Shown here piece by piece: positions 8,881 to 20,223 of a DNA stretch of 64,000 nucleotides (the first letter of the stretch is position 1; every line of letters starts with the position of its first letter). Made by a program: the position numbers and the translations under genes. This DNA comes from Calditrichia bacterium (GTDB lineage Bacteria > Calditrichota > Calditrichia > JAJRVZ01), in the NCBI GenBank assembly GCA_963777955.1, contig CAVZSQ010000019.1, positions 160,001 through 224,000 of the forward strand, written 5' to 3'. Below the pieces are notes generated by a model. That model was not told the DNA's origin. It worked only from the letters and a program-made list of their open reading frames with translations, and made no database searches.

Positions 8881-9135
8881 TTACTTTTCTACGACTTCCC
8901 TGTTCTTCAATTCATACTGGCGGCCGGCTTTAACAAACTCATTGATTTCTTCCAGTGAATACTTGTATTCCAGCAACAACTTAACCATACTTTTAGCCCG
9001 GGCATTCTGTTTCTTCTCCTTGCTGCTGCCTTTCTTCTCTTCGGTCAGTGATTTCTCCAGCACATCCTGAAATTCGGTGATAGATCCTTCTTCGTGAGTT
9101 ACTTTCTTTTCTTTGCTTTTGCTGAACCAACCCAT
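8881..9135 (-). CDS. Small charged hypothetical protein
   Basis: 84-aa ORF with an AGGAAAGG RBS, co-oriented with the downstream oxidoreductase. Confidence 0.6.
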   Translation of the reverse strand: MGWFSKSKEKKVTHEEGSITEFQDVLEKSLTEEKKGSSKEKKQNARAKSMVKLLLEYKYSLEEINEFVKAGRQYELKNREVVEK

Positions 9136-9198
9136 CGTTTTAATCCTTTCCTTACAAGATTATATTTTCTTTCTAAATGCTGTTTCTTCCTGTAGTTC

Positions 9199-9228
9199 TG
9201 CAGGGACAATCCCAGGATTGTCCCTGCA
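9199..9228. repeat. REP-like hairpin related to the 7470 element
   Basis: TGCAGGGACAATCC-CA-GGATTGTCCCTGCA; same 30-bp length and TG(T/C)AGGGACA ends. Confidence 0.7.
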
Positions 9229-9313
9229 ATGTAAAAAATATAATTAATTTATATATTTCAGGCGAATTTAAAATAGGTTTATTTAATCGGCGCCAATGAA
9301 GTGATTGTTATGG

Positions 9314-10036
9314 TTAATATCCAAAACAACGGTTACTGAACTCGTTGAAAACACTTATCATTTTTTGCTCCAGGTGTTTGCCCATATCTTCACTGCTCTC
9401 CGGAAACTCTATTTGCTTTGAGACGGTATATTGATGCTGGTAGTGGCCATATGAAATTAACTGTATAATAAACGTGATTTTTAAACGCTGAATTGTTCTT
9501 CCGGGACTGCCTGGAACAAATACCTGATGCTTAGGAGGACCCATCCAGTGACCCGGCGTTCCGGGTGTACTGTAGGATTTATCTTCAAGATCTGTCGATG
9601 ATATATAAAGTACACATGGATCCCAGCCATGGCTCTCGAGAAGATAGGCATCAGGTCGGTTATCAGCGTCAAATTCTTCAATTGATGAAATTCTTTTTTT
9701 CGAGCAAAAAAACTCTGGGATAAGGCCTTTCGCAGCAAAATAGAATAATCACTATCAAATAGAAACTTCTCCCCGGAGTATAAAAAAGATGTTTGAGGAT
9801 ATTTTAACGGATGCCCTTTGGTATTGATAACGAACATGAATTCTTTCTGCAAGCGCAGTTGCGCTTTATACTCCGTATCAGTCTCCTGTATCCTGTATAG
9901 TGATTTCATCGCTTATACTACTCCAGATAGTGATTTCATCGCTGATATTACTCAAGCCAGTATTCTTCATGTCCATATAACAGGCGCATAAACCGGTCAT
10001 CATCAATGCCAATAATCCATAGTATATTCTTGACAT
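9314..10036 (-). CDS. Hypothetical lipoprotein split over three frames (frameshifted or degenerate)
   Basis: Lipobox-like start MSRIYYGLLALMMTGLCAC; overlapping ORFs 9878-10114, 9481-9909 and 9314-9544. Confidence 0.4.
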
Positions 10037-10172
10037 GCTATTTTCCCTACTAAACATTTTGATCAACAGATTACATTTCCAGTAAAATATGTCTATTTTA
10101 ATTCCGGCTGTCAATAAAAAATATGAGATTTTTTTACAAAATAGTTCTACAGTACCAATTTCTTTTTAAATT

Positions 10173-12023
10173 ATGCCTGCTATGAGAAGTTTACGCACCG
10201 AATTCGGATCTGTTTTTATTGTTTTGTTTATACTGATTATTCTGCTGGCCACCTTTATTGCCTATAATTTTATCCGGTCGGAGCGGGCCCTGGAGCGGTT
10301 GTTAAAACAAAACACTCCGATCGTTAATGCATCGGTACACATGATGGCTGCGCTGGTTGACCTGGAGAGCAGTCAGTTATTGATGAAAACAAGATTTGAT
10401 TCCACGATATATTACAGATTCCACAGTCATCGCGATCAGTTCCTGCGCTGGTATGAAGAAGCTCAGAAGTATTCCGTCCTGCCCATCGAGACATCTTATC
10501 TGGACAGTATTATTACTATTTACCGGACCTACCTGCATGATACAGAATATTACATTAACCTGGCCGGTTACAATAATCCCAGTACAGATCTGTTTTATAT
10601 GTCGCACATTTTACCTGCCGAAGAGCAATTACGCATTTTGACTTTAAAACTACTAGAAGTAAACCAGGATGAAATTATCCAGACCAATCAGGAAATCAGG
10701 GAGATTGTAGGGGCCGAATCAATAATCGCCACCATCAGTTTAGTTGCCTTCGCAATCCTGATCGTCATTGCCTTTAATATCCAATTGACCCACTATTTCA
10801 TTAAACCGACTAAAACATTAATCGAGACTTTCAAGCAGATTGAACGGGGCCGGTTCAAATACAAAATCGATATCACCACGGATGATGAATTCGCTGAATT
10901 GATCAGAGAGTTCAATAAGATGACCGAACGCCTGAGTGAATACGAAAACCTGAATATTCAGCAGTTGCTGACCGAAAAACGCAAGGCCGAAGTGGTGGTT
11001 GACAGCATACTGGAACCGATCATTGTGACCAATATTGAAAATAATATTATACTGATGAACCAGGCCGCCCGGGAACTGCTCAATTTGAATAACAGACAGT
11101 GGCAGGACCAGCTGGTTACTGATTTTATTACAGAACCGAATATAATCAAACTTTTAACTGCCGATACCGTGCAAAGAAAAGAATACGAACAGAATGACTT
11201 TTTACTGACCATAGCCCGGCCCAATAATACCCAGTATTATAAACCGCGCCAGAATGTAATCCAGGATGACCAGGGCAAGATCCAGGGGGTGGTCACAATT
11301 TTCAAAGATGTCACCCAGTTTAAGAATATCGACCGGCTCAAATCTGAATTTATTTCCACTGTTTCGCATGAGTTCCGCACCCCCCTTACTTCCATCAATA
11401 TGGCTGTGGAAATTCTGCTCAGAAAAATAGTAGGTCCGCTCAATGCCGATCAACTTGAACTTTTACAGGCGGTCAAAAACGATACCGAACGCCTGATCAA
11501 AATGGTAAAAAACCTGCTGGATATGTCCAAACTGGAATCCGGGGAATTATTACCGGCCATGGAAGAAATAAATACCGCGGCGATCATCAAATCTACCATA
11601 GATCCCCTGAAATTATTATTTGCCGATAAAAAAATTCAATTTGGTCTGGACTTGCCGGAAAATTTACCGAATACCGTAGGTGAAGCCCAGCAGATATCAT
11701 GGGTCATTTCCAATTTAATCAATAATGCCGTCCGCTACACACCGGCAGGCGGAAAAATAACGGTTAAGGCCGTTCAACAGTTGAATTTTATCAAGATATC
11801 AATCACCGACACTGGTCGCGGCATTCCCCGCGAGGCCTTTGAAAATATTTTCGAAAAATTTGTCCAGGTCAATGAGAAAACCGATTCCACCAGCGGCAGT
11901 GTCGGGTTGGGCCTGGCAATCGCCAAAAAAGTGGTTGAAGCCCACGGCGGAAAGATCTGGGTGGAGAGCGAACTGGGTCAGGGCAGTGTATTTAATTTCA
12001 CCATACCGATCAAAGGGAAATAA
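10173..12023 (+). CDS. Sensor histidine kinase (4-helix periplasmic sensor, HAMP, PAS, HisKA, HATPase), KinB-like
   Basis: Two TM helices; H-box [13 protein letters not shown]-box [15 protein letters not shown] and GLGLAI. Confidence 0.93.
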   Translation: MPAMRSLRTEFGSVFIVLFILIILLATFIAYNFIRSERALERLLKQNTPIVNASVHMMAALVDLESSQLLMKTRFDSTIYYRFHSHRDQFLRWYEEAQKYSVLPIETSYLDSIITIYRTYLHDTEYYINLAGYNNPSTDLFYMSHILPAEEQLRILTLKLLEVNQDEIIQTNQEIREIVGAESIIATISLVAFAILIVIAFNIQLTHYFIKPTKTLIETFKQIERGRFKYKIDITTDDEFAELIREFNKMTERLSEYENLNIQQLLTEKRKAEVVVDSILEPIIVTNIENNIILMNQAARELLNLNNRQWQDQLVTDFITEPNIIKLLTADTVQRKEYEQNDFLLTIARPNNTQYYKPRQNVIQDDQGKIQGVVTIFKDVTQFKNIDRLKSEFISTVSHEFRTPLTSINMAVEILLRKIVGPLNADQLELLQAVKNDTERLIKMVKNLLDMSKLESGELLPAMEEINTAAIIKSTIDPLKLLFADKKIQFGLDLPENLPNTVGEAQQISWVISNLINNAVRYTPAGGKITVKAVQQLNFIKISITDTGRGIPREAFENIFEKFVQVNEKTDSTSGSVGLGLAIAKKVVEAHGGKIWVESELGQGSVFNFTIPIKGK

Positions 12024-13351
12024 TGGAAACTCAAACTCCTAAGGTCATTGTTGTCGATGATGAGGAGAATATTTTAAAGACAATCGGTATCTGTTTCAAA
12101 TCTCTTGGTTTTGACACCCAGCTTTTTACCAATCCGGTAGAAGCCCTGCAAAAAATTCATACCGTAAAATTCGACCTGGCTTTTATCGACCTGAAGATGA
12201 TACCGCTGGACGGCCTGGAAATGCTGGCCGAGATTAAAAGGATTTCACCGGATACCACCGTGACCATAATTACCGCCCATGGCAGTATCGAAAGTGCGGT
12301 TGAAGCAATCAAGAAAGGCGCTTATCACTATTTACAGAAACCCTTTAATTATACCGAGCTGCAGATCTTTGCCCAAAAAACCTGGGAATATCACCAGCTG
12401 GCTACCGAAGTGAAAGAGCTGCGCCAGATCATAACACCTGATGAACATGGAATTAAATTCATCACCCGTAATGCCAAAACCCGCGAGATCCTGGATTTAG
12501 CCGAACGGATGGCCGACAGCAATCTGACCATCCTGATCGAGGGCGAGAGCGGGACCGGCAAGGAGTTGATTGCACAATTAATTCATGATAAAAGTTCCCG
12601 GGCCGCTAAACCGCTGGTTAAAATCAATTGTGCAGCCTTGCCCGCAGAATTACTGGAAAGCGAATTATTCGGACATGTGAAGGGATCCTTTACCGGAGCG
12701 GTACAGGATCGGATCGGCCGGTTTGAAATGGCTGACGGGGGTACTATTTTTCTTGATGAAATTGCCGAGATCGCCATGAACATACAGGTCAAATTGCTGC
12801 GGATTCTGCAAACCAAGGAGTTTGAACGGGTGGGAGAAAGCGTCACCCGCAAAGTCGATGTACGCATTCTGGCCGCCACCAATCGTAATCTGGATGAAGC
12901 GCTGCGCGAGGGCATTTTCCGGGATGATCTGTTCTACCGGCTGAATGCTGTACGCTTAAAGTTGTTACCGCTGCGGAACAGGCCCGAGGATATACCGTTA
13001 CTGATTCAACATTTTCTATACAAGCATGATCCTACCAATTCCATAGATATCGCACCGGAATCGATGCGGTTATTCCGGCTGTATCCCTGGCCGGGAAATG
13101 TCCGGGAGATTGAGAATGTCATACAACGGGCTATATTACTTGCTCAAAAAGGTACACTTGAACCACAACATCTGCCGGAAGAAATAAGCCGCCTGGCCGA
13201 ATCCCCGAAACGAATCCCCTCTCTGGAAGAAATGGAAAAGCATCATATCCAGCGGGTTCTTACTCAAACCAGGGATTTTAATGAAGCTGCCAGGATTCTG
13301 GGTATTGATATTGCCACGCTCTGGCGGAAAAGGAAAAAATTCGGTATATGA
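12023..13351 (+). CDS. Sigma54-dependent response regulator (NtrC family, AlgB-like)
   Basis: REC domain (VVDDE, DLKM), Walker A GESGTGKE, GSFTGA loop, LDEI, WPGNVRE and a Fis-type HTH ending TLWRKRKKFGI. Confidence 0.95.
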   Translation: METQTPKVIVVDDEENILKTIGICFKSLGFDTQLFTNPVEALQKIHTVKFDLAFIDLKMIPLDGLEMLAEIKRISPDTTVTIITAHGSIESAVEAIKKGAYHYLQKPFNYTELQIFAQKTWEYHQLATEVKELRQIITPDEHGIKFITRNAKTREILDLAERMADSNLTILIEGESGTGKELIAQLIHDKSSRAAKPLVKINCAALPAELLESELFGHVKGSFTGAVQDRIGRFEMADGGTIFLDEIAEIAMNIQVKLLRILQTKEFERVGESVTRKVDVRILAATNRNLDEALREGIFRDDLFYRLNAVRLKLLPLRNRPEDIPLLIQHFLYKHDPTNSIDIAPESMRLFRLYPWPGNVREIENVIQRAILLAQKGTLEPQHLPEEISRLAESPKRIPSLEEMEKHHIQRVLTQTRDFNEAARILGIDIATLWRKRKKFGI

Positions 13352-13363
13352 TCTTCCGGTATA

Positions 13364-13455
13364 TTGCATATTGCAAAGTTATATAACTCCATCATTTATT
13401 TAAATTAAAACTATCCAATTCAATTATCTCCCTTAATGGCATTGCAATTTGCAAT
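13364..13455. promoter_or_regulatory. Two TTGCA-N3-TGCAA palindromes (putative activator-binding sites)
   Basis: TTGCATATTGCAA at 13364-13376 and ATTGCAATTTGCAAT at 13441-13455. Confidence 0.6.
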
Positions 13456-13518
13456 ACCAGGCACAGGCAGTCAGAAAACAGATTTTTACAACCACTTATT
13501 TTTATTTAAGTTATAAAT

Positions 13519-13544
13519 TGGCAGTTATTTGGCATGAGGTTTGA
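13519..13544 (+). promoter_or_regulatory. Putative sigma54 promoter(s) for the STAS-exbBD-tonB operon
   Basis: Overlapping TGGCAGTTATTTGGC (GG-N10-GC, 13519-13533) and TGGCATGAGGTTTGA (13530-13544), about 40 nt before the ATG. Confidence 0.6.
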
Positions 13545-13582
13545 TGAACGATATGTAGCAACAAAAAAGATAAGGAGGTTTA

Positions 13583-13933
13583 ATGCACATCAAGATGCAT
13601 ACCTACAATAACATGGACGTGGCCGTTTTAGAACTGAAAGGTAATTTTATCGGTGGTAAAGAAACCGATGAACTAAAGGAAAAAGCGGATCAACTCTATG
13701 ACCAGGGGAATCGTAAACTGATTCTCGATTTAGGAGATGTAAGTTATTTAAACAGTAGCGGGATTGGAACACTTATGCACATCTACACGCATTATGTGAA
13801 TGGTAATGGGCGGTTGAAATTGTGCAACATCAGTAAAAACATTCAGAATGCGTTTGTGATTACTCAACTGGTAAAGATCTTTGATATTGAAGACACCCAG
13901 GCCAAGGCTCTGGCCAATTTTGGGAAGGCTTAA
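13583..13933 (+). CDS. STAS-domain anti-sigma-factor antagonist
   Basis: LILDLGDVSYLNSSGIGTL motif with the conserved Ser; RBS AAGGAGG. Confidence 0.9.
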   Translation: MHIKMHTYNNMDVAVLELKGNFIGGKETDELKEKADQLYDQGNRKLILDLGDVSYLNSSGIGTLMHIYTHYVNGNGRLKLCNISKNIQNAFVITQLVKIFDIEDTQAKALANFGKA

Positions 13934-13985
13934 AACAGCCGCTTGGTATGATAAATGTACAATAACCATTAACAAGGAGAAAAAG

Positions 13986-14708
13986 ATGAGACAATCAATT
14001 TTCATGACGGTACTGATCATCGTCGCATTCGCAGTTTCTTATGTTATTTTTCAGTTTATGCCGGATTATATTCAAAAAGGCGGACCGCTGGTAATCTTAT
14101 TGATCATGATGTCACTTATTGTTGTGACTTATATTATCGAAAGACTTTTTGCCCTGCGCGCGGCTCGTGGCAAAGCTTCCTTATTATCTTTCCTGCGGGA
14201 TATTAAAAAATTTATCGATAACGAACAGATAGATGAAGCGCTGGCTGCTTGTGACCGTCAACGCGGTTCCTGCGCCAATGTATTACGCTCTGGTCTGGAA
14301 AAATACAGAACCCTGAAAAGTTCCGGAAGGGCCCTGGAACAAAAACAAACCATGGAAGAAATACAGAGATCCATCGATGAGGCCATGATGCTGGAAGTTC
14401 CTCTGCTGGAAAAAAATCTGGTGGTACTGTCCACTGTTGCTTCCATCGCTACTCTGACCGGTTTACTGGGAACCACCATCGGTATGATCCGTGCCTTCAA
14501 AGCCCTGGCTAAATCAGGTGCTCCGGATGCAATCGCCTTGTCACTCGGTATTTCGGAAGCTCTGATCAATACCGCCGGTGGATTGATTTGCGCCGTCATG
14601 GGTATTATTGCCTATAATTATTTCGCTACCAGGATCGATAATTTCACATACATGATTGATGAAGCCAGTTATTCCATGATTCAGACCCTCGGTCTGACCA
14701 AACGCTAA
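13986..14708 (+). CDS. exbB: MotA/TolQ/ExbB proton channel protein
   Basis: ASIATLTGLLGTTIGMIRAF and GISEALINTAGG motifs; start moved to ATG 13986 after AAGGAG. Confidence 0.92.
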   Translation: MRQSIFMTVLIIVAFAVSYVIFQFMPDYIQKGGPLVILLIMMSLIVVTYIIERLFALRAARGKASLLSFLRDIKKFIDNEQIDEALAACDRQRGSCANVLRSGLEKYRTLKSSGRALEQKQTMEEIQRSIDEAMMLEVPLLEKNLVVLSTVASIATLTGLLGTTIGMIRAFKALAKSGAPDAIALSLGISEALINTAGGLICAVMGIIAYNYFATRIDNFTYMIDEASYSMIQTLGLTKR

Positions 14709-14735
14709 CATTTAATAATATAAAGGAATTAAATC

Positions 14736-15197
14736 ATGGTTCACAAAAAAGGTCGCATCAATATCTTCATCGACATGACTCCCATGGTGGACGTCACCTT
14801 CTTATTGCTGACCTTCTTCATGCTGACCACCCAGTTCCGGCCGCCCCAGGAAGCCGAAGTGATTCTGCCCTTTTCACATTCGTCTTTCAAATTACCCGAG
14901 TCGGATGTCATGACCATTTCGGTGACCAAAGATAATAAAATTTTCCTTGGTCTTGACTCCCAGAAACTGCGCGAAGAGATATTCGGAGTAGAAAATAAAC
15001 TGCGTTCAGGAATAGAAGTGGAAAAGGGAGCCCTGGCCAATATGATGGTCCAGGCCCGCATGAGGAATCCGCGCTTACGTACCGTAATCCGCGGCGATAA
15101 GGGTGCCCCCTTCGGACCGATTGAAGATATCATGGATATTCTGCAAAAAGCAAATATCACCAAATTTAATTTGGTGACCGAACTAGAAAAAAGTTAA
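14736..15197 (+). CDS. exbD: ExbD/TolR protein 1
   Basis: IDMTPMVDVTFLLLTFFML motif. Confidence 0.92.
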   Translation: MVHKKGRINIFIDMTPMVDVTFLLLTFFMLTTQFRPPQEAEVILPFSHSSFKLPESDVMTISVTKDNKIFLGLDSQKLREEIFGVENKLRSGIEVEKGALANMMVQARMRNPRLRTVIRGDKGAPFGPIEDIMDILQKANITKFNLVTELEKS

Positions 15198-15208
15198 TGA
15201 GGTGAAAT

Positions 15209-15722
15209 ATGGCTGGTGCAACAGTTGCCGAGCCTAAAAGTTCGGCAAAAAAAGGAAAAAAACAGAAAAAATCTAAAAAAAGAATCCCGGTTCGTATTGA
15301 TATGACACCTATGGTCGATGTGGTTATGTTATTGATTACCTTTTTCATGTTGACAACGGTTTTCAATACACCGCAAACCATGGAGATCAATCTGCCCCCT
15401 AATAATATGGATACCAGTGTTCGAGTCGGTGAATCTAGATCTGTTGACTTTGCGGATTATTACCGATGGAACCATTATGTGGAATTTCGGATATCGAGCC
15501 ACCGGTGATTATTGAATTTAAAGATCTGCGACAGATGTTGGTCGCGAAATCTGAAGGACAAACCTAAAAACTTGTTACCTGGTAAAAGTGGAACGGGAAA
15601 GTACCTATGAAATGATGGTCAATCTCATGGATGAATTGAATCTGGTCGGTATTCCGCGTTTCAGTATTGCTCCTTTTAAACAATACGACCAGGATATCGT
15701 TAAACGTGTACTGGGTACATAA
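15209..15722 (+). CDS. exbD: ExbD/TolR protein 2 (frameshifted)
   Basis: IDMTPMVDVVMLLITFFML; the C-terminus MDELNLVGIPRFSI lies in another frame and ends at TAA 15720-15722. Confidence 0.85.
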
Positions 15723-15740
15723 ATAAAGGAGTTATAAACA

Positions 15741-16478
15741 ATGACTCAGAATATTGCTGTACTAAATCCTCTAACCTATCCGGGTTCCGTTGAATTCAAG
15801 CAAAAATTACGCAAATATACCTCCTGGGCGCTATGGTATTGCAGCTTCGATTCATGTTGTTCTTTTGCGTGCCTATTGGGGTTCGGTATGGTGGGAAAGT
15901 TTGGAGGAACCACCGCAAAGAACCATCCGTATCATGAAATATACGGATCTGGGACCGCCCCCTTCTATTGCCGGTTCTGCTAACGTGGCGCCTTCGGTGT
16001 CGGTGGCCAGTCCAACCGCAAAACCAAGCGTCGGTGTACCTGTACCGGTTCCTGATGCGGAAGTAAGTCCGGAACAGACTCTGGCTACTCAGCAGGAAAT
16101 GAGTACGGCAGGGAGCAGTCGGTGAAGGTAGCGGAGAAGGAGGAGCAGTCGAGATTGAGGATGACCTTAATATCGATGATCAACCTCCACCCGGATTTTG
16201 TACCGTTCCAGAAAGGACCGACTATAGTTAAACGCGTTGATCCGGCCTATCCCGAAATCGCCCGCAAAGCGGAGATCGAGGGAAAAGTCTGGGCCAAGGT
16301 CTGGATTGACAAAGAAGGGAAAATCCGCCAGGTGGTTATTATCAAGAGTGATTCGGAAATTTTTAACCAGGCGGTTATCGACGCGGTCAACAAATGGACT
16401 TTCACACCGGCCTTGATGAGTACCGGTCCGGTCGCGGTTTGGTTGTCTTTACCTTTTGTCTTTAAGTTGAATAAATAG
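15741..16478 (+). CDS. tonB: Energy transducer TonB 1 (frameshifted)
   Basis: N-terminal TM, Pro-rich linker (PVPVPDAEV) and TonB C-domain YPEIARKAEIEGKV...PFVFKL across ORFs 15741, 15790 and 16122. Confidence 0.85.
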
Positions 16479-16503
16479 ATAGTAATATAAAGACCTACTT
16501 TCT

Positions 16504-16528
16504 CTCCCCCCGGCTTTGTCGGGGGGAG
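16504..16528. other. GC-rich intercistronic hairpin between the two tonB genes
   Basis: CTCCCCCCGGC-TTT-GTCGGGGGGAG; no U-tract on the plus strand. Confidence 0.5.
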
Positions 16529-16608
16529 CAGGAGTAGAAAGTGAAGGATGAACCGAGCGCGCTGAGCAGGATTGCGCAGCATAAACATAAACCAGGGAGG
16601 AACAAAAA

Positions 16609-17352
16609 ATGACACATCAAATGATTTTGTCAGCCCCTCTATCCGGTTATGGTGCCTGCGAACTGAAGCAAAAATTGCACAAAAATGTCATGACGGGGCT
16701 CACGCTGGCGACTATTATTTATAGTATGCTTACTTGAGTTCGTACTGGTCATCTGTTTATCTGACCAGTGCAGATTATGACTCGACAATATGCTCACTGT
16801 CGCCAAAAGCCGTCCTGTTGATTGATTGGCCACATCCAGGTATAGGTCCGATAAGATCCGCTGATCGACTGGGCGTGGCCGTGGCTGCTACATCCAGGTA
16901 AACCAAATTTTGGGACACCTGTACCGGTACCGGAAGTAACTTTAAAAAGCGACATACCATTCGCTAAACAGACAGAAGTCAGTGCTGCAGGCCAACCGGG
17001 AGAAGGAACCGATCAAGGCGATATAATTATACCGCCTGCAACACCCGTTGGCGATGAACCCCCTCCTCCATTTGTTCCTGTAGAAAAACTGCCGATTATC
17101 GTCAAACGCGTAAATCCCGTGTACCCTGAACTTGCCCGCAGGATGGAACTGGAAGGCAGAGTCTGGGCTAAGGTTTGGATTGACAAAAAAGGCAAGGTAC
17201 GCCAGGTAGTCATCATTAAAAGTGATTCGGAATTATTCAACGAATCTGTGATTAAGGCAGTTGAACAATGGAGTTTTGCACCGGCCCTGATGAACAATGG
17301 ACCGGTAGATGTATGGATGTCTTTACCTTTTGTCTTTAAACTGAATAAATAA
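16609..17352 (+). CDS. tonB: Energy transducer TonB 2 (several frameshifts)
   Basis: GGGAGG RBS; N-terminus MTHQMILSAPLSGYGACELK; C-domain YPELARRMELEGRV...LPFVFKLNK. Confidence 0.8.
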
Positions 17353-17357
17353 ATACT

Positions 17358-17573
17358 ATGAAAAAGTTTGATATACCAAGGTTGCTTGGATATGCCGTCG
17401 GTTCTGTGTCGTTGCTGTTCGGACTGTCTATTATCCTGAACTTGTGGGATTTACCTGTGCCTGCTCTCACCAGGAACATATTCGGTTTTGTACTAATCCT
17501 TCTGGGTATCTATCGTTTTTCTGTTACCAGTTTGCAAAAACGACAAGAAAGGAGGAGATATGGTGATGACTAA
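17358..17573 (+). CDS. Small two-TM membrane protein
   Basis: 71 aa with two hydrophobic helices (FGFVLILLGIYRF); overlaps the next gene. Confidence 0.7.
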   Translation: MKKFDIPRLLGYAVGSVSLLFGLSIILNLWDLPVPALTRNIFGFVLILLGIYRFSVTSLQKRQERRRYGDD

Positions 17574-18487
17574 AAAATCATTAATCTTCTTAATCGCTTT
17601 GATGTTAAGCAGTTGTTACGTCGAGAAGCAGGAAACGGCCACCAGCGGCCGGCTGACCGTCCAGGCATCCGACGGGTATCAGGATCTGACCCAGCGGGAA
17701 GCCAATCGTTTCCAGGAGTTATATCCCCAGGCAAAATTTACGGTTATCCCGGCCAGTACCCGCGAAACTATTGTTAATATGCTCAATGACAGTATCAACC
17801 TCATTGTGGTCGACCGGGCCATGAATAATGAAGAACGTCAGGTTTATAAACAGGCTCAACTGGCCGTACAGGAGGTCAAAATTGCACTGGACGCGCTGGT
17901 GATCCTGGTCAATGCCGATAATAGCATTAATAATATATCTTTAGAAAATCTTAAAAGAGTACTGCAGGGTCAAATCAGTAATTGGAATATTGTTAGAAGG
18001 ATCCAATCTATCGAGTGAAATCGAGGTGACCTGCACCGGCAGAAACTCAGGCAGTTTTGAGTTAATTCAGAAACATCTGCTGGACAGTACTTTTACTTTT
18101 TTCCCTGATACAATTTTAACTAAACAGATTGATATTGTGCAGCATACGATAAAAAATAAATCCGCCCTGGGCATCATTTCCCATGCCTGTTACAGTTCCA
18201 TCCGATCAACTGCAGATTCTGCAGCCGTGCGCCTGTTGTCAATCGAAGTTGTAGACTCCCTTAACCAAGTACATAATTATTATCCTTATCAAGCCTATAT
18301 ATATGGCGGAGAATATCCGCTTCATTATCCCGTATATGTATATGTCCGGTCCGATAAATCGGAATTAGCCTTAGGTTTCAGTGCGTTTATTGCCAGTGCA
18401 GAGGGTCAGAAAATAATTCTGAATTATGGATTAGTACCGGCGACGCAGCCTGTCCGTTTGGTTCAATTAACTCAGGAGCAATTGTAA
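17560..18487 (+). CDS. PstS-like periplasmic binding lipoprotein (frameshift near 17995)
   Basis: Lipobox LSSC; IALDALVILVN, GRNSGSFE and YPLHYPVYVY...GQKII motifs. Confidence 0.8.
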
Positions 18488-18488
18488 A

Positions 18489-20157
18489 ATGAAAAAACAG
18501 CACACGCTGATTTATGTCATCCTAGGTATTTTCCTCATGGCACTGTGGTGCGGAGCGCAGGTCGATTATAACAAGGCCAAAGCGTTATTGAATGAAAATA
18601 AAAAAGACGAAGCCATTGTCCTGCTCAAACAGACCATCCAGAATTTTCCGTCCAATCTGGATGCTTATTATCTGCTGGGGCAAATCTATCTGGAAAAAAA
18701 TCAGCTCGACTCGGCCGAGTTCTGGGGCAGAAAAATGCTGGAAGTTGAAAAAGATTCACCGAAGAGTTATATCATCAGTCACCCAGGTACTCGCCCAGAA
18801 AAAAAATTTCAAAGAAGCCCTGATCCTGATTGATAAAGGACTGAAAAGAACCAAAAACAGTACGCAATTATTACTGCAAAAAGGCAGTATCTATGTGCTG
18901 GCGGATTCCGCCGAGAACGCCATCGCTGCTTATACCATGGCCAGGGACGCGGAACCGCAAAATGTCAATGCTTATAAGGGACTATATGATGCCTATCTGA
19001 AATTAGGCGCTGAAGCCATGGCGGTAATGCAACTGGAAAAAGGCATTGAACTCGATTCGACCCAGGTGGAGATGTCCTATAAATTAGCCAAACATTACTA
19101 TAAAGCCCGCCGCTATAATGAAGCGGCTAAATGTTATCAACGGGTCTTGAATATGGATCAGGCCAATGACCAGGCCGCCTGGGAATTGGGACAATTATAT
19201 TATGCGGCCAAGAAGCCGGAACTGGCTGTAAAGATCCTCGAACCGTTTGTCAAACGTCAACCTGACAATCATAAAGCCTGGCTGATCTATCTGGAGTCGT
19301 TAATAAAAATCGACCAATACGGCGAGGCGAAAACAACAGCCGAACATATTTTAACCAAGGAGGAAAATTCGGTTGAGGCCATCCGCGCTCTGGCCAAAGC
19401 GGAATATCATCTAAGAGAATATGACCTGGCGATCAAAACCTATCAAAGCCTGGCCAAAGTAGATACCCTCTCCGCTGAAGATTATAGATTATATGGTAAA
19501 TCATATCTGGAATTAAAGACGGATACAACGGCAGTTAAATATTTTGAGTTATCGCTGAGAAAAGACCGCAACCAGAAAGATGTCTGGACTGATCTGGGCG
19601 CTGCTTATATGCGCATGAAAAAGTGGGATCTGGCTGCTGATGCTTTTCAACAGCGTATACTGATCGATTCGACCTCCGCCGCAGGGTATGTAAATTACGC
19701 ATTATCGAACATGGCCATTTCCAAATGGGAAAACGCCCGTAAAGCCCTGTACAAAGCGCTCAGCCTGCAGCCAACCTATCTCAATGGCCATTTAAACCTG
19801 GCTCGCTGTTTATCGCAGATGGATTCCGTGGCTGCGGCCAGGACACAGTATCTGCAAACCGCTGAACTGGCCGAAAAACAACAACCCGTTAATTCTAAAG
19901 CGATCTTAGGCGAAGTCTATAAATCAATCAGTTTCTCATACCTGCTGGAAAAGAATTATCCCAGGGCTCTGGATGCCTTGACCAAAACAGTTGAATATAA
20001 AAACGATGATTCCGAAGTGCATCTGTGGCGAGCCCAAACCCTGCATGCACTGGATAAACGAAAAGAAGCCGAAGCTGAATATCAAAAGGTACTGAAACTC
20101 GATCCGAACAACAAGGATGCCAAAAAGGGACTGGAAATTTTAGCTCAATATAACTGA
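18489..20157 (+). CDS. Exported tetratricopeptide-repeat protein (frameshift near 18780)
   Basis: Signal peptide and more than 10 TPR-like repeats. Confidence 0.85.
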
Positions 20158-20223
20158 TCTGAGTTCCGTTTAGAAAAGTAAATATATAATCAAGATGCTA
20201 TCAATCATTGGGGAGGGATTATC

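Noticed and set aside
17560..18487. Phosphate ABC transporter operon
   Set aside because: Only a PstS-like fold is present, with no pstC, pstA, pstB or phoU.
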